From positions 124,001 through 155,624 of the forward strand of contig KZ538027.1 of NCBI GenBank assembly GCA_000934665.2: 31,624 nucleotides of DNA, read 5' to 3'. The translations under genes and the position numbers were made by a program. Within the stretch, counting starts at the first letter, position 1, and every line of letters starts with the position of its first letter. The stretch comes from Catajapyx aquilonaris (taxonomy: Eukaryota). Below, piece by piece: positions 11,116 to 27,000 of this stretch. The notes under the pieces were generated by a model. The model was given only the letters and a program-made list of their open reading frames with translations, had not been told where the DNA came from and did no database searches.

Positions 11116-11960
11116 CTGTCTGCCAAATATTCGAACACGTATAATCGACACCTGAGAAAAACCTGCTTGATTTTCGAGGCTGTCACCCAAAAGTGATCGT
11201 GATCTTCTGCAACGGCGATGGCTGGTTGGACTCACGAATCACTAATCACGAACACCAGCAGCGCACGAAAATCAACAGACGTGTATAACAACAACCGAAC
11301 AGAGAACATGTTCGCCATACTTGTTTACTCTTAATAATTAACGAGGCAAATACCTGCAAATTTCACGAATTATTGTGAAATTACCCACATTAAATGCGAA
11401 TATTCAAATAATTACGTTAAAAAATGGTAACATTGTTGTGTATATATATTTTTGTGCAGTGAATAGGCGAGGGTTGGAAATAATACCTGGCAGGTGCTGG
11501 GGGGGCTAATATCGATTTGCAATTAAGCTTTTGAACCTCTTTGCATCAGAACCACGTCATCCACCAGGTGTTTCATGCATTGATTTTACCTTCCCCCCCA
11601 TCTTTTCATGGTGTACTCATTACAATAATAATTAAGTACATTATATTATGACATGTTGCACAAAGATCAGGTATAATTGTTTCTAGAGCACGTGAGTAAA
11701 AATGTGTCACGATTTGTCAGATATGATTTCATCTTTTTAAAAATGTTTGTTTATTATAATTAATTTATATATTTTGTTTTTCATTTACTGTATTTAAAAC
11801 ACATGTCACATTCTTTTGTGTTAGGTAAGTACAACAGGTTTTTTCTTCCCTGCTGAGATGAATATGAGGAAGCTCTTCTGTAAAAACCTGTTTTCCTGAA
11901 CGTGATTTTCTAGCAAGGTGGCGCATATTTTTTTCAGGTTCAAGTACTACACGTACACAG

Positions 11961-11968
11961 TATAAAAA
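11961..11968 (+). promoter_or_regulatory. TATA box of the small secreted peptide gene
   Basis: TATAAAAA at 11961, initiator-like CCATTTC about 33 bp downstream, ATG in ACCATG context at 12054. Confidence 0.7.
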
Positions 11969-12053
11969 GAGATGGTAACAACCTGCTTCGTGGCCATTTC
12001 CACTTCAGACTCTCAACAGAAAAGACGAGCCACACATATACAATAATACGACC

Positions 12054-12334
12054 ATGAACTTCCAGACACTGGTAAGCTCCACCCACTAATTGTTTGGTGC
12101 AGCATTTAAAGTGCAATGTGATGTACTATTTTGGCGTGTAATTTGCAATGCTTTTTTATGTACTCGTACCAGTTGTGCCTGTTGGTGTTTCTGATGACAG
12201 TGCTGCTAACAATGGTGGAAGGAGGCATTGTTGTGAAGCATCCGAGCCATTTCAAGCGAAACTCTGGAGTTCACAAGAAGCTCAAGTTGATCACCACCAT
12301 TACTCATCCTGTCAAGAAGCGATTCAGACATTAA
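12054..12334 (+). CDS. 59-aa secreted cationic peptide precursor (antimicrobial-peptide-like), exons 12054-12071 and 12173-12334
   Basis: MNFQTL|gtaagc...accag|LCLLVFLMTVLLTMVEG-GIVVKHPSHFKRNSGVHKKLKLITTITHPVKKRFRH*: hydrophobic signal peptide ending V-E-G, phase-0 GT-AG intron, upstream TATA box. Confidence 0.8.
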
Positions 12335-13749
12335 TAATGTTGAACACTGCTGCTGTAATAATGAAGATGTGACAATAATAGAAATACAAAGTATGTGAAT
12401 CCAGAGTGATTTATTACTTCACATTAGTACAACATGAACCAAACAGCTTTTCCAAACAAAGAGTCTTGAATTTTTATCCCCGCCATTTTACTGGAGGACG
12501 GAACATTTATTACATTTTTTTAAAATTATTATTTAGATGTAATTAAAAAGAAGGGTTTAGAAATTGTCACGTGAGAGATGAATTTGACCAATGTTTGTTT
12601 GTTTTTGTGCAGAAAAAGGGAGGGTAGAATCACGTTTGGTGTCCTTTATTATTAATAATTATCGATCATTTGATTGATATTTAATAAATATCGAAGGCAT
12701 CGTATTTCAGTCTTGATAGAATCCGATCTACTTATAATCGCTATCAGGACTGCAACTATAATTATTATTTGGTCAGAGTTGGGAAAATACGTTAGTTTAT
12801 TATTTTGCTTTCAAGTTATCGTATTCAAGAGGTGAAAAATAACCATTTGTTTAATTAATAATTACCCTGCTCATATAGAGTGAAGTTATGTTTACTCTGT
12901 ATGCGGCAAAAAATAATGTTAAAAGTTGGCAAAGTTTTTAAAGTAAATTTTTTTTTGCCACACACTTTGCAAATCACATTTTGTCTGGAAGAGGTTTTGG
13001 TCTGCTCATTTTTTCAAGTGAAGTAGGCCATCTTATCACACGAGAGAAGAAAAAAAAATGTTTGACGTCTCACACTTTTTGTTTTACAGAGTTTACGGAG
13101 GGTTTTTCACAATTAAGCTCGAGTATTGTTTGCGTCTACTTCAATAAATAGTTAGTTAACAAGCGTGTTTTTTTTTGGAGGGGCTTTGTTTGTACAGTAA
13201 TTTTTTTTCTATGCTACAAATTGGCGAACAAATACCGGTAAACACGTACCACTTTTTTGGCATACAGTTTACACCACGGACGCAAGGTTAATTAAAAAGG
13301 TGGGTAATTGCGTTATGAAGCAGTGACATTTAAGGGCCATTCACATAAGCCATGATTGTCTTTGATTAGATCACAAAATGGGCCAGCTTTTTCATGAGAG
13401 ATAAGCAAGGATGCCAACTTGTGTTAAAGTTTAACCTATGTTTAAAGTTTGGGTCTTTGAATAGCCCAATTTGACCCAAACTCTATGTGTTACTATAGCC
13501 CAGTGTGAATGACCCTACTGGAAAAACACGTGGTCAACAAAACATGAAAAAAGGTTGAGCTCTGATTTGGCACACAGCCTCTCTGACATGTATTGGCTGA
13601 GGGAAAAAGTCATGAAGCTTTTTGTTTTATATGTACCCGGTATAGTAGTTGTGAGGTGGGTTGTAGCCAGGAAGGATGGGAATGTGTATAGGAAGCACAT
13701 GGATGAAAAAAACATGGCAGGTTAGTTTTTTTTAATAGGTTAAAATAGT

Positions 13750-16700
13750 TTAAGAGAGTGGGTCTTTTCCCACGCCTTTGCTCTTGAGGAATTCCCTGGC
13801 CTGAAGGAGGATGTCGAGATGGTCTGAAGTCGCCTTCTTCAGCCAAGCTTTTGCCTTGTTGACCACCAGCTCCCAGTCTTCCTTACGTGAGTCCAATCCC
13901 AACTCGATGAAGTTGATAGCCAGAGATGTAATCCAAATGGGGCCGTCAATTTCTCTGGTTCTTCCCTCTGAGAATCGTACGAATAATTTATTATTAAAGA
14001 ACGGACCACACAGTCAGGAAAGGATGATCCATAGGTGAAAAAGTGCTGTACCATCCTCCACTTCGGTCCATTCCACCCCCATTGCATCTGCCAACTTGGA
14101 ATCGGCAGTGAAGCACCCGTCGAACTTCTGCAGTCCGACGATGACCTGCAGGACATCCTCCTCAATCTGTGTGTCCAACAGATGCCCTCCGAGCTTTGGA
14201 CTGCCACCGTCCACCTGGATGGACTTCTTCCGCATCATCTTTCCGACCTTGTGAAGAGAGGCTTGTATTCCGGAGCATGTTGCGGTGAAGAAGGTGGCCG
14301 GAAGTGACTTTCTCCTCATGGGACTTCCTCTGATGTTTCCTTCCATGCATTTCTCCACCGAAGTCATGTGAATGGATGGTCTCGACGACTCCAGAGCTCC
14401 GAGTCCATCCGTTTCAGAGTTGATGTCCGCTCCTTGCCAACCATGCGGAAACTGGCTTGGAACCATCCTGCTCTGGAGTGCCCAGCTTTTCTCTACAGGA
14501 TCGTTCTTCTCTGGGTCGACAGCCAAGAACGACGTGTGTCGAGATATCAAGCCTGTCAAAAAAAAAAAAACCATGAAGAGGATCCTATAACTAATTAATA
14601 AGGAAACCAAAAGGATAATCACCATATTTGCATCCCAGCCGGATCATCTCATTCTTGATTCCCTCGAGCCTGTCATCACCGTCAGGCAAACACGAAGCCA
14701 GATCATCCAGTTCTTGTAGCAGCTTGCGTGCAGACAGTCTGTGGACATGCAATGTAGATTGCAGTAATTAGTCCAGGGGTAATCACAAATTCAGATTGTG
14801 CACTCTTCATCATCCTGCACGTATGTTAAGACAAAACCGCCAGCACTTTAACAAAAATTTCTTCTCGTAAATTATTGCTGATGGCTGCCACACAGGCGAT
14901 CCATGGACAGTTTCTGAAGCACTACAGTTTGATACAGATGATTTAACGAGCGCAACAGAGTGCGCACCACAGTTTGCGCAGGTTGCACGGTTGGAATTAT
15001 CAATGATAGTTGGTATGCACTTACTTGTGGATGAGATCTCCTTGGAAAATATCATTTTCTGAGACTGTGACCTTTGCCTCTACTGGTCCGTCAGGGGTCA
15101 TGGCAGTGACACATGCGCCTGTTGGACAAGTTCCGTCTGTCCAGGTCGAGTAGACCAACAGTCTGGATCCGTCAAACACTGGGGGGATCTGCAATTAGGC
15201 ACAATTAGAGTTGGGGATTATGGTGTAATTATAACGAGCTTGTATACCTTGAGAGGAGCTTGGACTGGCTGGCTGGATATGCATTTTTCCATTTCCTTGA
15301 TTGTTTCGGGTGTGGTCAGATCCATTGATTTACCGCCGGATATCCATTTCACAGTGATGTCTATAAAGAGAGCGAAAGTAATTAACGTGTAATTAAGGTG
15401 TAAACTAATTAGTATCTAGGCTATACCTTTCATGGCTGGATGCAAGGCGTTTTTGAGCTGTCTCTGGACTTTGGACTCCAGCCTCTCTTTGTACGTGGCA
15501 AATTCGGCCATTCCTCCGCCAGCTCTGGCTACTCCCTCGACCAGATAATGAGACGCACTGTCTCCAATTCCCAAAGCAAACACACGTGCTTTGGACGAGT
15601 TCAGGTGAACTAATCGTATGACCTCTTCAGTATTGCTCACCTGCACAGAAATTTGAAATAATTATTTTGTCTGTCATAATTATCTCGAATTATTTGAGCC
15701 GTACCTCTCCATCTGTGAGAAGCAACAGTTGTCTCAAATAATCCTTCGGAGGATCGGTTGCAAATATGGCCTTCAATGGTGCTAATATTTCAGTACCACC
15801 AAGGTCTGAATCCACGTCTGAAACAATTCGACTCATACACTATATAAGCAATATTATTTTGATTGTGTTTTCTAACCTTTGACATGGTCCATTGCCTTTT
15901 TGAGCGTTTCTTCTCCGTACTTGACACTCTTTGGAAACAGAAATTGAAAGCTGCTGCCGAATCCTACAATATTGAAGTGACAATCCAACGGCAAAGAGTG
16001 AAGAAACAGCTGAAAAAATTGTTAACAATTTAGCAAAAGATAAACAGCTAAGGAGAAAAAAAACCAAGCTGGGAGCAATCAGTTTGCGAAATGTTTGCTA
16101 AATATTTTTGCTCTGAATATGTCGAATAAGGTAATTTATTTTGATATACACAAGAATTTGCCAGATGTTTTCTCTCATGTTTCGCTGACGTTTTTCGACC
16201 ATTTTTTTTTTCATAATCCACACACATAACGGTTATCCAAAAATTCGAAAACTCATATAAACCAGCTTATCTGGAGGAAATCCTTGGCCAGGAAAATCCT
16301 TCCAATTTCATTTTTTTTTTCTTTTTCTCGAAGAAGCGCCCAGCTTGATTTTCGTCACCCTTTTCACTACTCGATGGTAAATCCTTACATTCAGAGCTTT
16401 CTTGGCCTGCTGGATGCTAAGCCCGGACATAGAACCGGATCGATCCAACACAAAGATGAGCTCTACTTTATCGGCACGTAAGTCGAAGCTGGGCACCATG
16501 GAAACCATGGCGGCTGCACTTCCTTCTTTGCTACGCTGCAAATGGGGCAAGTGCAGTAATCAACATAATACACACTTCACATCATACTGTACATTCTCTC
16601 TTTTTTATGTTGTTGCAAGTATACGCTAATGGCATTGGTTAATTTGATGGAGAGAGAGCTTTGAGTAGAGTTAGTTGGAAATCGATTCTCAGCTTGAAAA

Positions 16701-17931
16701 GCATGCGAAAGCACGATCAAAGGCATGGCCTGCATGGCTCCTCTCCTACATAGCAAAATAGAGAGATCAAATAAAGTGATATACTCACCTCGACACAAAG
16801 CCTGGGCTTTCTAGGTTCTGCCAAAGACACCAGGAGGACGAAATCTCGGTCCATATCGCTGGTTTCGCTCGAAAGGGTCACTCTTCCTACGTAGATGCCT
16901 CCAGGCTGGAAACATTATCGACAATTTTAATTATTTCTGAATACACGAAAACTTGGCAACACTGCCCGGACCGAGTCACTACCAGATGGAACACTACTGT
17001 CGCTCTAAGGGGGAAAAGCACTATATGCACGTTGGTGATGAGTCACCCGAGACTTGGCAACGCTGCCCGGACAGCTCCACTTGGACGTAGTACGATATGC
17101 CACTACCATATGTAAGATAACATACCTTTCTTTCCTTTTCCACATTGGCTGAGATGGAATGCGTGGGCCATTCAAGCTTGAGGATCTCTGACTTCATCTC
17201 GCACTCCAGCTTGATGGATATGGGTGCGGGTGACGATCTTAAATAACATGAAAGGCTAAATAAAAACATAAGTGTGCATAATCGAGCTGTGTATGTTGTG
17301 TGTTTATATGTGGTCGCAATTTGAGGGACTTACAACGAGTGAGGGATGGCACCCGTTTCAATAGGCTCCTTCTTGTCCGGCTCGTATCTCGGAGCGATCG
17401 TGGTCGGCAAATAGAATCGGACAGAATCGCCTTCCATGGACAGTTCGGTCAGATATTTAATCTGGACAACCACTTGAGAAGCTGGAACCAGGTTGCCCAC
17501 TTTCATCTGTAAAATAAGTGTATGCAATTTGTCCAATTAACCTGCGTGTAGAGTCGTACCTTGAATGAATCCGGATTGTTTTCCTCCAACATGGCAACAG
17601 CCTGCCGATTGTCCAGCGCTTCCTGGTATTGTTGCCTGGCTTCCTCCTTGTCTCTGACCACCCCAACAATGGTCTTGTGTCCATCCAGTTTGACCTCGAA
17701 GCTGACCACACATGCTGATTGGTCCAATGGGAAGATGTATATGGCCTCGATGGGGTCAGTCTCCTCATTTATATACGTCTGCTCTAAGGTCACCTCTCCG
17801 ACCACGTCCAATATTCGGGCTTGAACTTTGACCCCTTTGAGAGGCACAGGCTCGTAGCTTCCAGGGTCCTTTTCGACAACCAAGCCGCAAACGCAGCTCA
17901 GGTAACGACCCAATTTGTTCACAAACGGCAT
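13750..17931 (-). CDS. VWA5A: von Willebrand factor A domain-containing protein 5A-like (VIT + vWA), paralog 1, multi-exon
   Basis: VIT domain (VPLKGVKVQARILDVVGEVTLEQTYINEETDPIEAIYIFPLD), LPTTIAPRY, MDRDFVLL, MIDAS motif LIFVLDRSGSM, DLGGTEI, LLTDGEVSNT, RVFALGIG, LISRHTSFLAVD and C-terminal DWELVVNKAKAWL, stop at 13752-13750. Start ATG at 17931 is tentative; a non-coding exon with a donor near 19485 is possible. Confidence 0.88.
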
Positions 17932-20829
17932 TATCAAAAAGCTGGAATTATTAATCAAAAAATGCAATTTAAAATAATTTCATATAGCCTGTTATTGATA
18001 CTCGATTAACAATGAAGCGACACCCCTCTTTGAAGCCAGTGGTAAATTAATAAACTCAATTTTTTTCATCGGATTTTCTGCAACTCCCTGATCATCAACA
18101 GCAGGTTAACCAACTAATCATTAGGATCGTGGACAGGGTTTAGTTGCGGTTTGAAACATCCCATGCTCCCTAAAGTGATCTAAACATCATATTAGCATGC
18201 AGATTAGCCCCCGCCAAAAAAAAAAACAACAGGGAAGCGAACTACTGAAGCAAAAAATCAGCCATAGTTTGTCTCCAAAAATATTATGCAGAGCTTTTTA
18301 TCATTTTTTAAAAAGAAAAAAGTTCAACCTCCCCACCTCCCACCCACTGTAAGCGCAGCGTAATTAGATGACCCGGATCGAAACTGTGCAAAAGTCTATC
18401 GGGTTGGCGTGCGCTAGTCCTTCACAGGTGCATGCATAATTCATGATTGATTTATCGCTCCACGCATCGAAGACAGGTCTTAAATAACACATTTTTTTTT
18501 ATATCACTCTTTCCCCCAGCAACAACCTGTTGTGCATTACTGCTAAATAACAGCTTAATTAGATATTTTTAAAATGGAATTTATAGATGCAACCTTGTTA
18601 TAATTAGTAACGAAAACTTCGAGGCTGTTTAAATGATTTTGTAATCGCTTTAATTAGTGAAAGTGAGTTTTTGTGTCTAAATGAGTTAGAGCTTTAATAA
18701 TTTTTATGCAATAATCAGAAACAACGCAAAAAGCTACTTCTGATGAGTATTAGTTGAATGTTTTTTTGTCACTTAATAAGATAATATGTAAATTAATTTT
18801 TATGTTAATAATCTCGTCAAGTGTACGTGTCAGTGGTCATCACATCAAGAATGGAAAATACTATATACTTTCACATAAATATTACAAGTAATCAAATCAC
18901 AATATTCAACATGTTTATTATCTCATTGAGTTAAGTGTTAGTTCATCCAGTGGCCTGCATTAATTTATACCGATTAAAAATTAATTAAAGCAAGTTATAG
19001 TTACTAGGCCCCACACACTTTTTATTACATTTATTACATTTATTACTTTTCTAATTTTAGTCTTGTAATAATACAAGTGCAACAACCTGCGTCGAAGTTG
19101 AGAAACATTCGTTAATCTATTTTAGTCTCATATTTAATTTAAGCCTTCATTACTGATGTAACATTTTTTTTGAAACACACTGTAAGCTACAAAATACGCC
19201 ATAGAAAGCAATGAAACGCATCAACTATAGTGTAAGCCTCCGATTTTGTGAGAGGTATGCCCCGGATTGATTAAGTGTACGCCGGATTAGCAATTAACGC
19301 TGATTTTTAATCCGGATTTTTTTGGCCAGCTTTATGACGTTGCAAAATATTACAAAAAATCATTCGTCCGAAACATCACATCAATGCCTAGAAAAAAACG
19401 ATGCACTGGTATCTTAAACGTCGCAATAACAGCCCTAGGTCACTTACAACTTGAACTGTGCGACAAATCGACAGGACACTTACCCAGCGATGAGCAATCA
19501 GTTGGAGAGGACACTTGACGTCTTTAAAACTCCACTTCCACTCACTCCAGACAGTCTCTTTAAATTATTTTCTATACTATTTTTTTTCTTCAAAATTTAA
19601 AACCCGGTTTTCTATAGACTGGAAGCAGGTTCCAGGTGCTTTAGGTGAGTTCTATCTGTAGTCTGGTCAATACGCTGACAACAAGAGAAGGGGTTGCTGC
19701 CGGGGAGTCTGCGCATCTCAATTTCCCTCGACTACTACTACATATACTACCAAGCACTCTGCTCTGTTATATCTACTGGGTATATAAGCACTCTCAACAT
19801 CCTTGTAGAACCCTCTTCCAAAATGCTGTGGGTTGGATGGATGCGAGAGATGGAAAGAAAAGGAAGGAAGAAAAAAAAAAACCTTTATTGTGCCCAGAAG
19901 CTGCAGGATGCCTGAGAGCTACATTATGCAAATTTTGTTATAGTCGGGGACGGGAGATATATTCCTACAGCTTCTGCCTCTGCGGAACGGATGAACAGAA
20001 ACGCAATTATTTAAATCTCTGCTGTGCAGCCAAGTCACCATTATTACGACGACTTATTTATACCGCTCGGTGTATGAAGAGTCATGTCCACTATGCAGAA
20101 AAAGTGACACACACGTTCAAAAAAAAATTGCGTATTTAATTATGTAAATAATTTGAATTTTTTAAAATAATTTAACAGTACATTGTACGTTTTGACATAA
20201 TATTGAAATATTATTGGAAAATCAGGTCGTTGAAGCTATTTTTTTGCATCGCACTGCAGATGTGCCTCTGCTAATTTTTTTTCTATTGTGACACTGAAGT
20301 ATGTTAAATTTTTTCTGCTGTGATATGACCAAGGATATGAACACACTATATGAGGTATGATACGGTTGTAGTGGGCGTTAGTAAGTTGCCCTCAAGCTCT
20401 GATTACAGTACAAAAAAAAGCCCCACTGAGGCTATAGTTTGAAAAAAAAACTCCCCGTGGCGATCGTTAATCTCTTGCTAATAATAAAACTGCAGAAACT
20501 AGAGAGAGAGGTGAAGTTCTTAGGAAGCTGGAAAAGCAACCCCCCCCCCCCCCCCCCCCCCNACTGCTACCTCTTCAGCTTATTGATTCGCTGTTGCGTA
20601 CAGACCATTTTAGACACTATACCTGCTTTGCGGTTTTTTTTTCATTTTTTTTTATTCCAGCTTTTTTTTTCTTCTGAGCAGCCAATTGGCCGCAGAAACT
20701 TCGTGTTCAATTGAATCTCAGAACGTGCCTGAGAGAATTTTTAGGGCTGCCACGTTCGTAGAATTGGGTCTATTGGGCGAGCTATAGGTGCAATGGATGC
20801 ATAGAGAAGCACAATTATTGCACTTGGGT

Positions 20830-21245
20830 ACATTATTTTCATCCTTGCATGATGCAACCCAAAAGACAATAATTTGCATGTTTTTACTACAGTATTTACA
20901 ATATGCAATTTTTACTGCTAAGATAATTATTTTGGGGTTGAAAACTTTTCATCCTTGCAATGATGCAACCCTGAGACAATTTGTTATGACAATTTATGCC
21001 ATCTTTAATTTTTAGTGCTCAGCAGCACTGGTCCTGAAGACTTTTCATCCTTTCCTGATGCAACCCAAATACAATATATTATTACAATTTATGCTATCTA
21101 CATGCTTAGCTAATTATTCTGGTCCTGAAGATTTTTCATCCTTACATGATGCAACCCAAAGACAAAAAAAAATCTTTTGCATGTTTTTATATGCCATCTG
21201 CAATTTTGTGATAATTATTCTGGGCTTGAAGACCTTCTCCGGATG
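20830..21245. repeat. Degenerate minisatellite, about 90-110 bp unit, 4+ copies
   Basis: Core TTTTCATCCTT.C.(A)TGATGCAACCC...ACAA near 20836, 20947, 21042 and 21133, with a degenerate fifth start near 21228. Confidence 0.85.
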
Positions 21246-22206
21246 AATAATTAATCGTCTGTATACATTTTTTGCAAAAAAAAATATTTCAAGGTTGTAC
21301 CTAGTATTTTGTAGACCCTGAAAAGGTAAAAATCTATGATCCTTTCCCCTTTACCCGCGGCGTCAAGAGTATTGATTGGCGCCCCGCAAATAGGTCCAAA
21401 AAAACCTGTCGATTTGGCCTCTTCCCCACATTTCAATTTGACATGTCAAAACCGCTTAATCTGCTAGGTCATCTCAGCACAAAAAAATAGTACAGGCCAA
21501 CATATAGGTCATACCCACACCTTTTTGGCATTTTTTTTTCGCGAGCTCTAAAATGGGCTAAATCAGGTCTCCCCCGCCCTTCTCTACTCCCCTGAACGCG
21601 CTAATTAAATTCGGACCGGTATTAAAAGGCGAACCCTTAATGAAGTTAGCTTGGTGAAATTCCGTCTGATGGTTAGGGCCTTCATTAGAGAGCCATGAAT
21701 TTTAGAGGAAAAAAAAAGGGGGGGACCATAGTCGATGGGGGAGGAAAATGTGTAGTACCACATCCATCACATACATGGCGCGCATATGGCTCGCCTCCTA
21801 TTTTTTTTTCCGACTCTTCAAACACATTTTGACTCATCAGCCCCGGGAACTTGTCGAAATCGATCAAAAAGCGTCTGAAGTGCGCCAGGAAATCAGATTT
21901 CCCGGGGACAATAATTTGTGCGCGCAAAAAAAATGTTTCGTAGCGTATTTCCAACACTAGATTTCGGACATCGAATCGGGGAAAATCCAAGATGGCGGCG
22001 CCCATGAATTTTGCCGCAGTGCGAGTTTGAGTTGGAAAAAAAAAAAAGAAGCTTCTGTTTTTTTATTAATTAACTGTTGGGCATTTTCTTAGTGTAAATT
22101 AATTAATTAAGAGCTCCAGATTACAGCAGCGGATACAGGGTACAGGGTAAGTACACGTACATGTAAAATTTGGCATTTGCAAATTAGTTTTGTGTTTGCA
22201 GAAAAA

Positions 22207-23656
<1,450 letters not shown>

Positions 23657-24006
23657 GGGCTGGAAGTTATTATTATTTTTGATTATTTAGGGCTTCCAGG
23701 CGCCTCTAATTTATTGCAACGAAGGAGTTGTGGTTGAATCTCTTTTTCCCTTTCCACATCCCCTCTCGTAACCTATCACCAGTCTGCATTCAAATCATGT
23801 TTCACGGCTTTTTAGGCTGGTATTGACCAATAAATATTGTTGTGGTTAAATACTTGCACCATTTTCCTGCCATTTGCTTACAGTCCGAACTACGTGTCGT
23901 ACATTCAATATTAACGGAACATGCTGCATTTGGATTAGTGCCTTTATTTCTTTGATTGGTGTTCCTTCCTTAGTAATTATCCGCAGTTCAATTGGTTTAG
24001 AAATGT

Positions 24007-27000
24007 TCATTTTTTGGCAACTCTATCTTTCAGGAAGGCCTCGGCTTGGTTCAGAATTGAGTCTGAATTGGGCGTAGATTTTGACAGCCACTTCTTGCTT
24101 TTCGCAGCGGCCAGTTCCCAGGTTTCTTTCCGAGACGACAGGACTGTCTCCATGTACTTGATTGCCACGGCTGTCACCCACGTGCTTAGGTCAATTCCAG
24201 TTTTATTTCCAGCTGAAACAGGCAGCAGAATATTATTATACCAGTTATGGCGTTAAAACTAATGATAATTACCGTCTGTAATTTCTTGCCAGCTTATTCC
24301 TACGACCTGAGCAAACTGGGGATCAACACAGAAGCTTCCGTCAAAATTGATGAGTGACATTAGTTGCTCCAGTTTTCCAGGAAGTTGAGGTTGTTGCTGT
24401 ACTTGTCTTGGCCCAATTGTGATGCATTCGGATGCCAAAGGTGGGCTTTCTAAACTATCGACAGTGACGTAACTTGCATTTGCAGGAACATTTTTTTTGA
24501 GAAGGATATGCTTTTTACTTGCTGATCTGGAAAATGACTGGCCAAGGCTGTACGACCGCAGATTGTTAACTCCATGCCAACCATACGGAATCTGATTAGC
24601 CACCTGACAAGTCTGAAGTGGCCAGACTGAATGATCTGATTCGTGTTTTCTAGGATCTACGGCCACGAACGATGTGAGAGACGACACCAGACCGTATTTA
24701 ACGCCCAGCTTAACTACCTCTTCCTTCACTTTTTCCGTAGTAGGTTCTGGGACGACAAAATGCAACCAGCTAGACCCTTCCTCCAAATCACGGATCAATT
24801 TGCGGGCTGCCAATCTGTAATTGCATATCTTTATTGACTTGTTGCCTCAATAGGAAATGGTAGAATGCAGACCTGTGCACTATGTTGCCTTGTAGAATGT
24901 CATCCTGGCCGACATTGACAGTTGCGGCTAGTTCTCCGTCTGGTGACATGGCCTTGATCGTTACACCAGTGGGGACGCTGCCATCTTCCCAAATGCAGTA
25001 GACCAAAATTCGTGTTTCATTAAACACAGGTGGAACCTACAATCATAGTTGATTTTATCATTATTAATTTTGTGTTCTAATATAGTCGATTGTAGGCCAA
25101 TAACATGTGGTCTCGTTATACAAATCTCAGATTCTTGTAAGTTGAGGTAATAATGAGATGACGTACATGATACGGAGCCTGACGAGGTCCCTTGAAAGCG
25201 TCTCCTGCAGTGTGTTCTTGTTCAGCTGGCTTGCGGTACCCGAGAAGTGTCTTCTCACTTACAATTTCAGTCTTTGGTTGCATTTCTTCCCCAGGAATTC
25301 CCTCCCAGCTTATGGTCACCTCTAGAAATATGTAAAAACGTCCTTAACTGTATTCCGTCCATCGATAGAGTTCAGCTAACTTACCTGACAAGGCAGGGAA
25401 GAGTCCGTTCTTGAGCTGCCTCTGCACCTTTGGCTCCAGTGCCTCCTTGTATGTTGCGTACTCTGCTGTTCCTCCTCCAGCACGAGCTATCCCTCCAACC
25501 AGGTGGTGAGAGACACTCTCACCAATTCCTAGCGAGAACACTTGAGTGCTCTGGGAGTGATCTTTCACTAGCTTGATCACCGCTTTTGTGTTGCTGACCT
25601 GTTGTGCACGGATGAAAATAGATGCCATGCTAGTATAACATCAACATTTAATATCCACCTCGCCGTCCGTGAGAACAAATAGTTTTCGATGGTAGCCCTT
25701 GATTGGTTTCTGCTTAAAAATTGCTTCTAGTGGTTGATATATTTCAGTACCACCCATATCAGCATCAAGAGCTGAAAGAGTAAATATTGTGAGCAACGAA
25801 CCTGTTACGCATAAAAATAATAATGTGTGACTTGGAGGATTTCGTAACGTTTGATTTGAAAGCCTCGGACTTACCACGTGCGTGAGCCAGAGCTTCTCCA
25901 AGTGAATCATTGTCATACTTTCTGCTCTTACGAAACAAAAATTTGTGAAAGTTTCCAAACCCAACAATGTTGAAGTAACAATCCATAGGCAAAGATAGTA
26001 GAAACATCTGCAGTAATAAGGCCATTGTTACTGTATAATTTGCAGTTAATATGCGTTTAATACGACACTGAATTTCAGCTTACAGTAAGAGCCGCTTTGG
26101 CCTGTCGAATACGCTGTCCCATCATAGATCCTGATCTGTCCAGCAGGAAAATTAATTCTGCCGGCTGCTCATCCAGGTTGAAACTAGGAACGAGGCTCAC
26201 AAAGGCAGCCACACTTTTCTCAGATTTCTGTTAAATAAGTCATTAGCATGTGATGATTGTTAGTTAGGACCACTCATTAGCGGTACTTACTTCAATGCAG
26301 ACCCGCGGTAGGTGCGGATTTTCAGTCGTCACCAGAAGGACAAAATCTCTGTCCATATCGGTGGTATGCCCTGCCAACGTTGCATTTCCCAAGAAATAGT
26401 GTCGTCCACTATTGTCAATATGTGTCGTGACTGTATGTGTTGGTGACTCAATGCTAATAATCTTGGACTTCATTTCGCATTCAACAGAAATCATCATAGG
26501 AGCAGGTGATGACCTAAGTGGTTTTTTAAAAAAGAAGATAGCCTCACGGATGTTGTTTGTAATTTTTTGAGTCTTTCTTTCAGTGCAGTATGCGAGTGGA
26601 CACTTACATGGAGTACGGTATTTCTGCAATTTCCTTTGCCTCCTGGCTGGAATCCGACTCTGGAATGTACCGAGGGGCAATGGTGGTCGGAAGGAAAAAC
26701 CGAAGCGCTTGTCCTTCAACAGACACCTCCGTCAAGTAGGTTAACTTGATCTTTGCCTCACTTCCAGGTGACAAGTTACCCACCTTTACCTGTGCAATTA
26801 CTGCTGATTAATAACACATTAATCCGATGTACCATGAGCCGCTACCTTAAAGATGTCAGGCTTGTTCTCCTGGGCCAAGAAAGCTGTTTGCCTATGTTGG
26901 ATGGCCTGCTGGTACTGTTTCTCAGCCATTTCATTTTCCATGACCATACCATGAATGGTCCTTCCGTCCAGCTCAGCTTCAAACTGGACCACACTGGCCG

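Noticed and set aside
16064..16347. 12 bp inverted match CAAGCTGGG(A/C)GC in a VWA5A intron
   Set aside because: Too short and no TSD; a MITE cannot be supported.
19645..20139. 164-aa plus-strand ORF
   Set aside because: Non-ATG start, no motif, no coherent splice model; lies between divergent genes.
21350..22020. Possible transposon remnant or upstream PRMT6 ATG at CAAGATGGCGGC
   Set aside because: No termini identified. The motif fits a YY1-type promoter element equally well and I could not build an in-frame splice to PRMT6.
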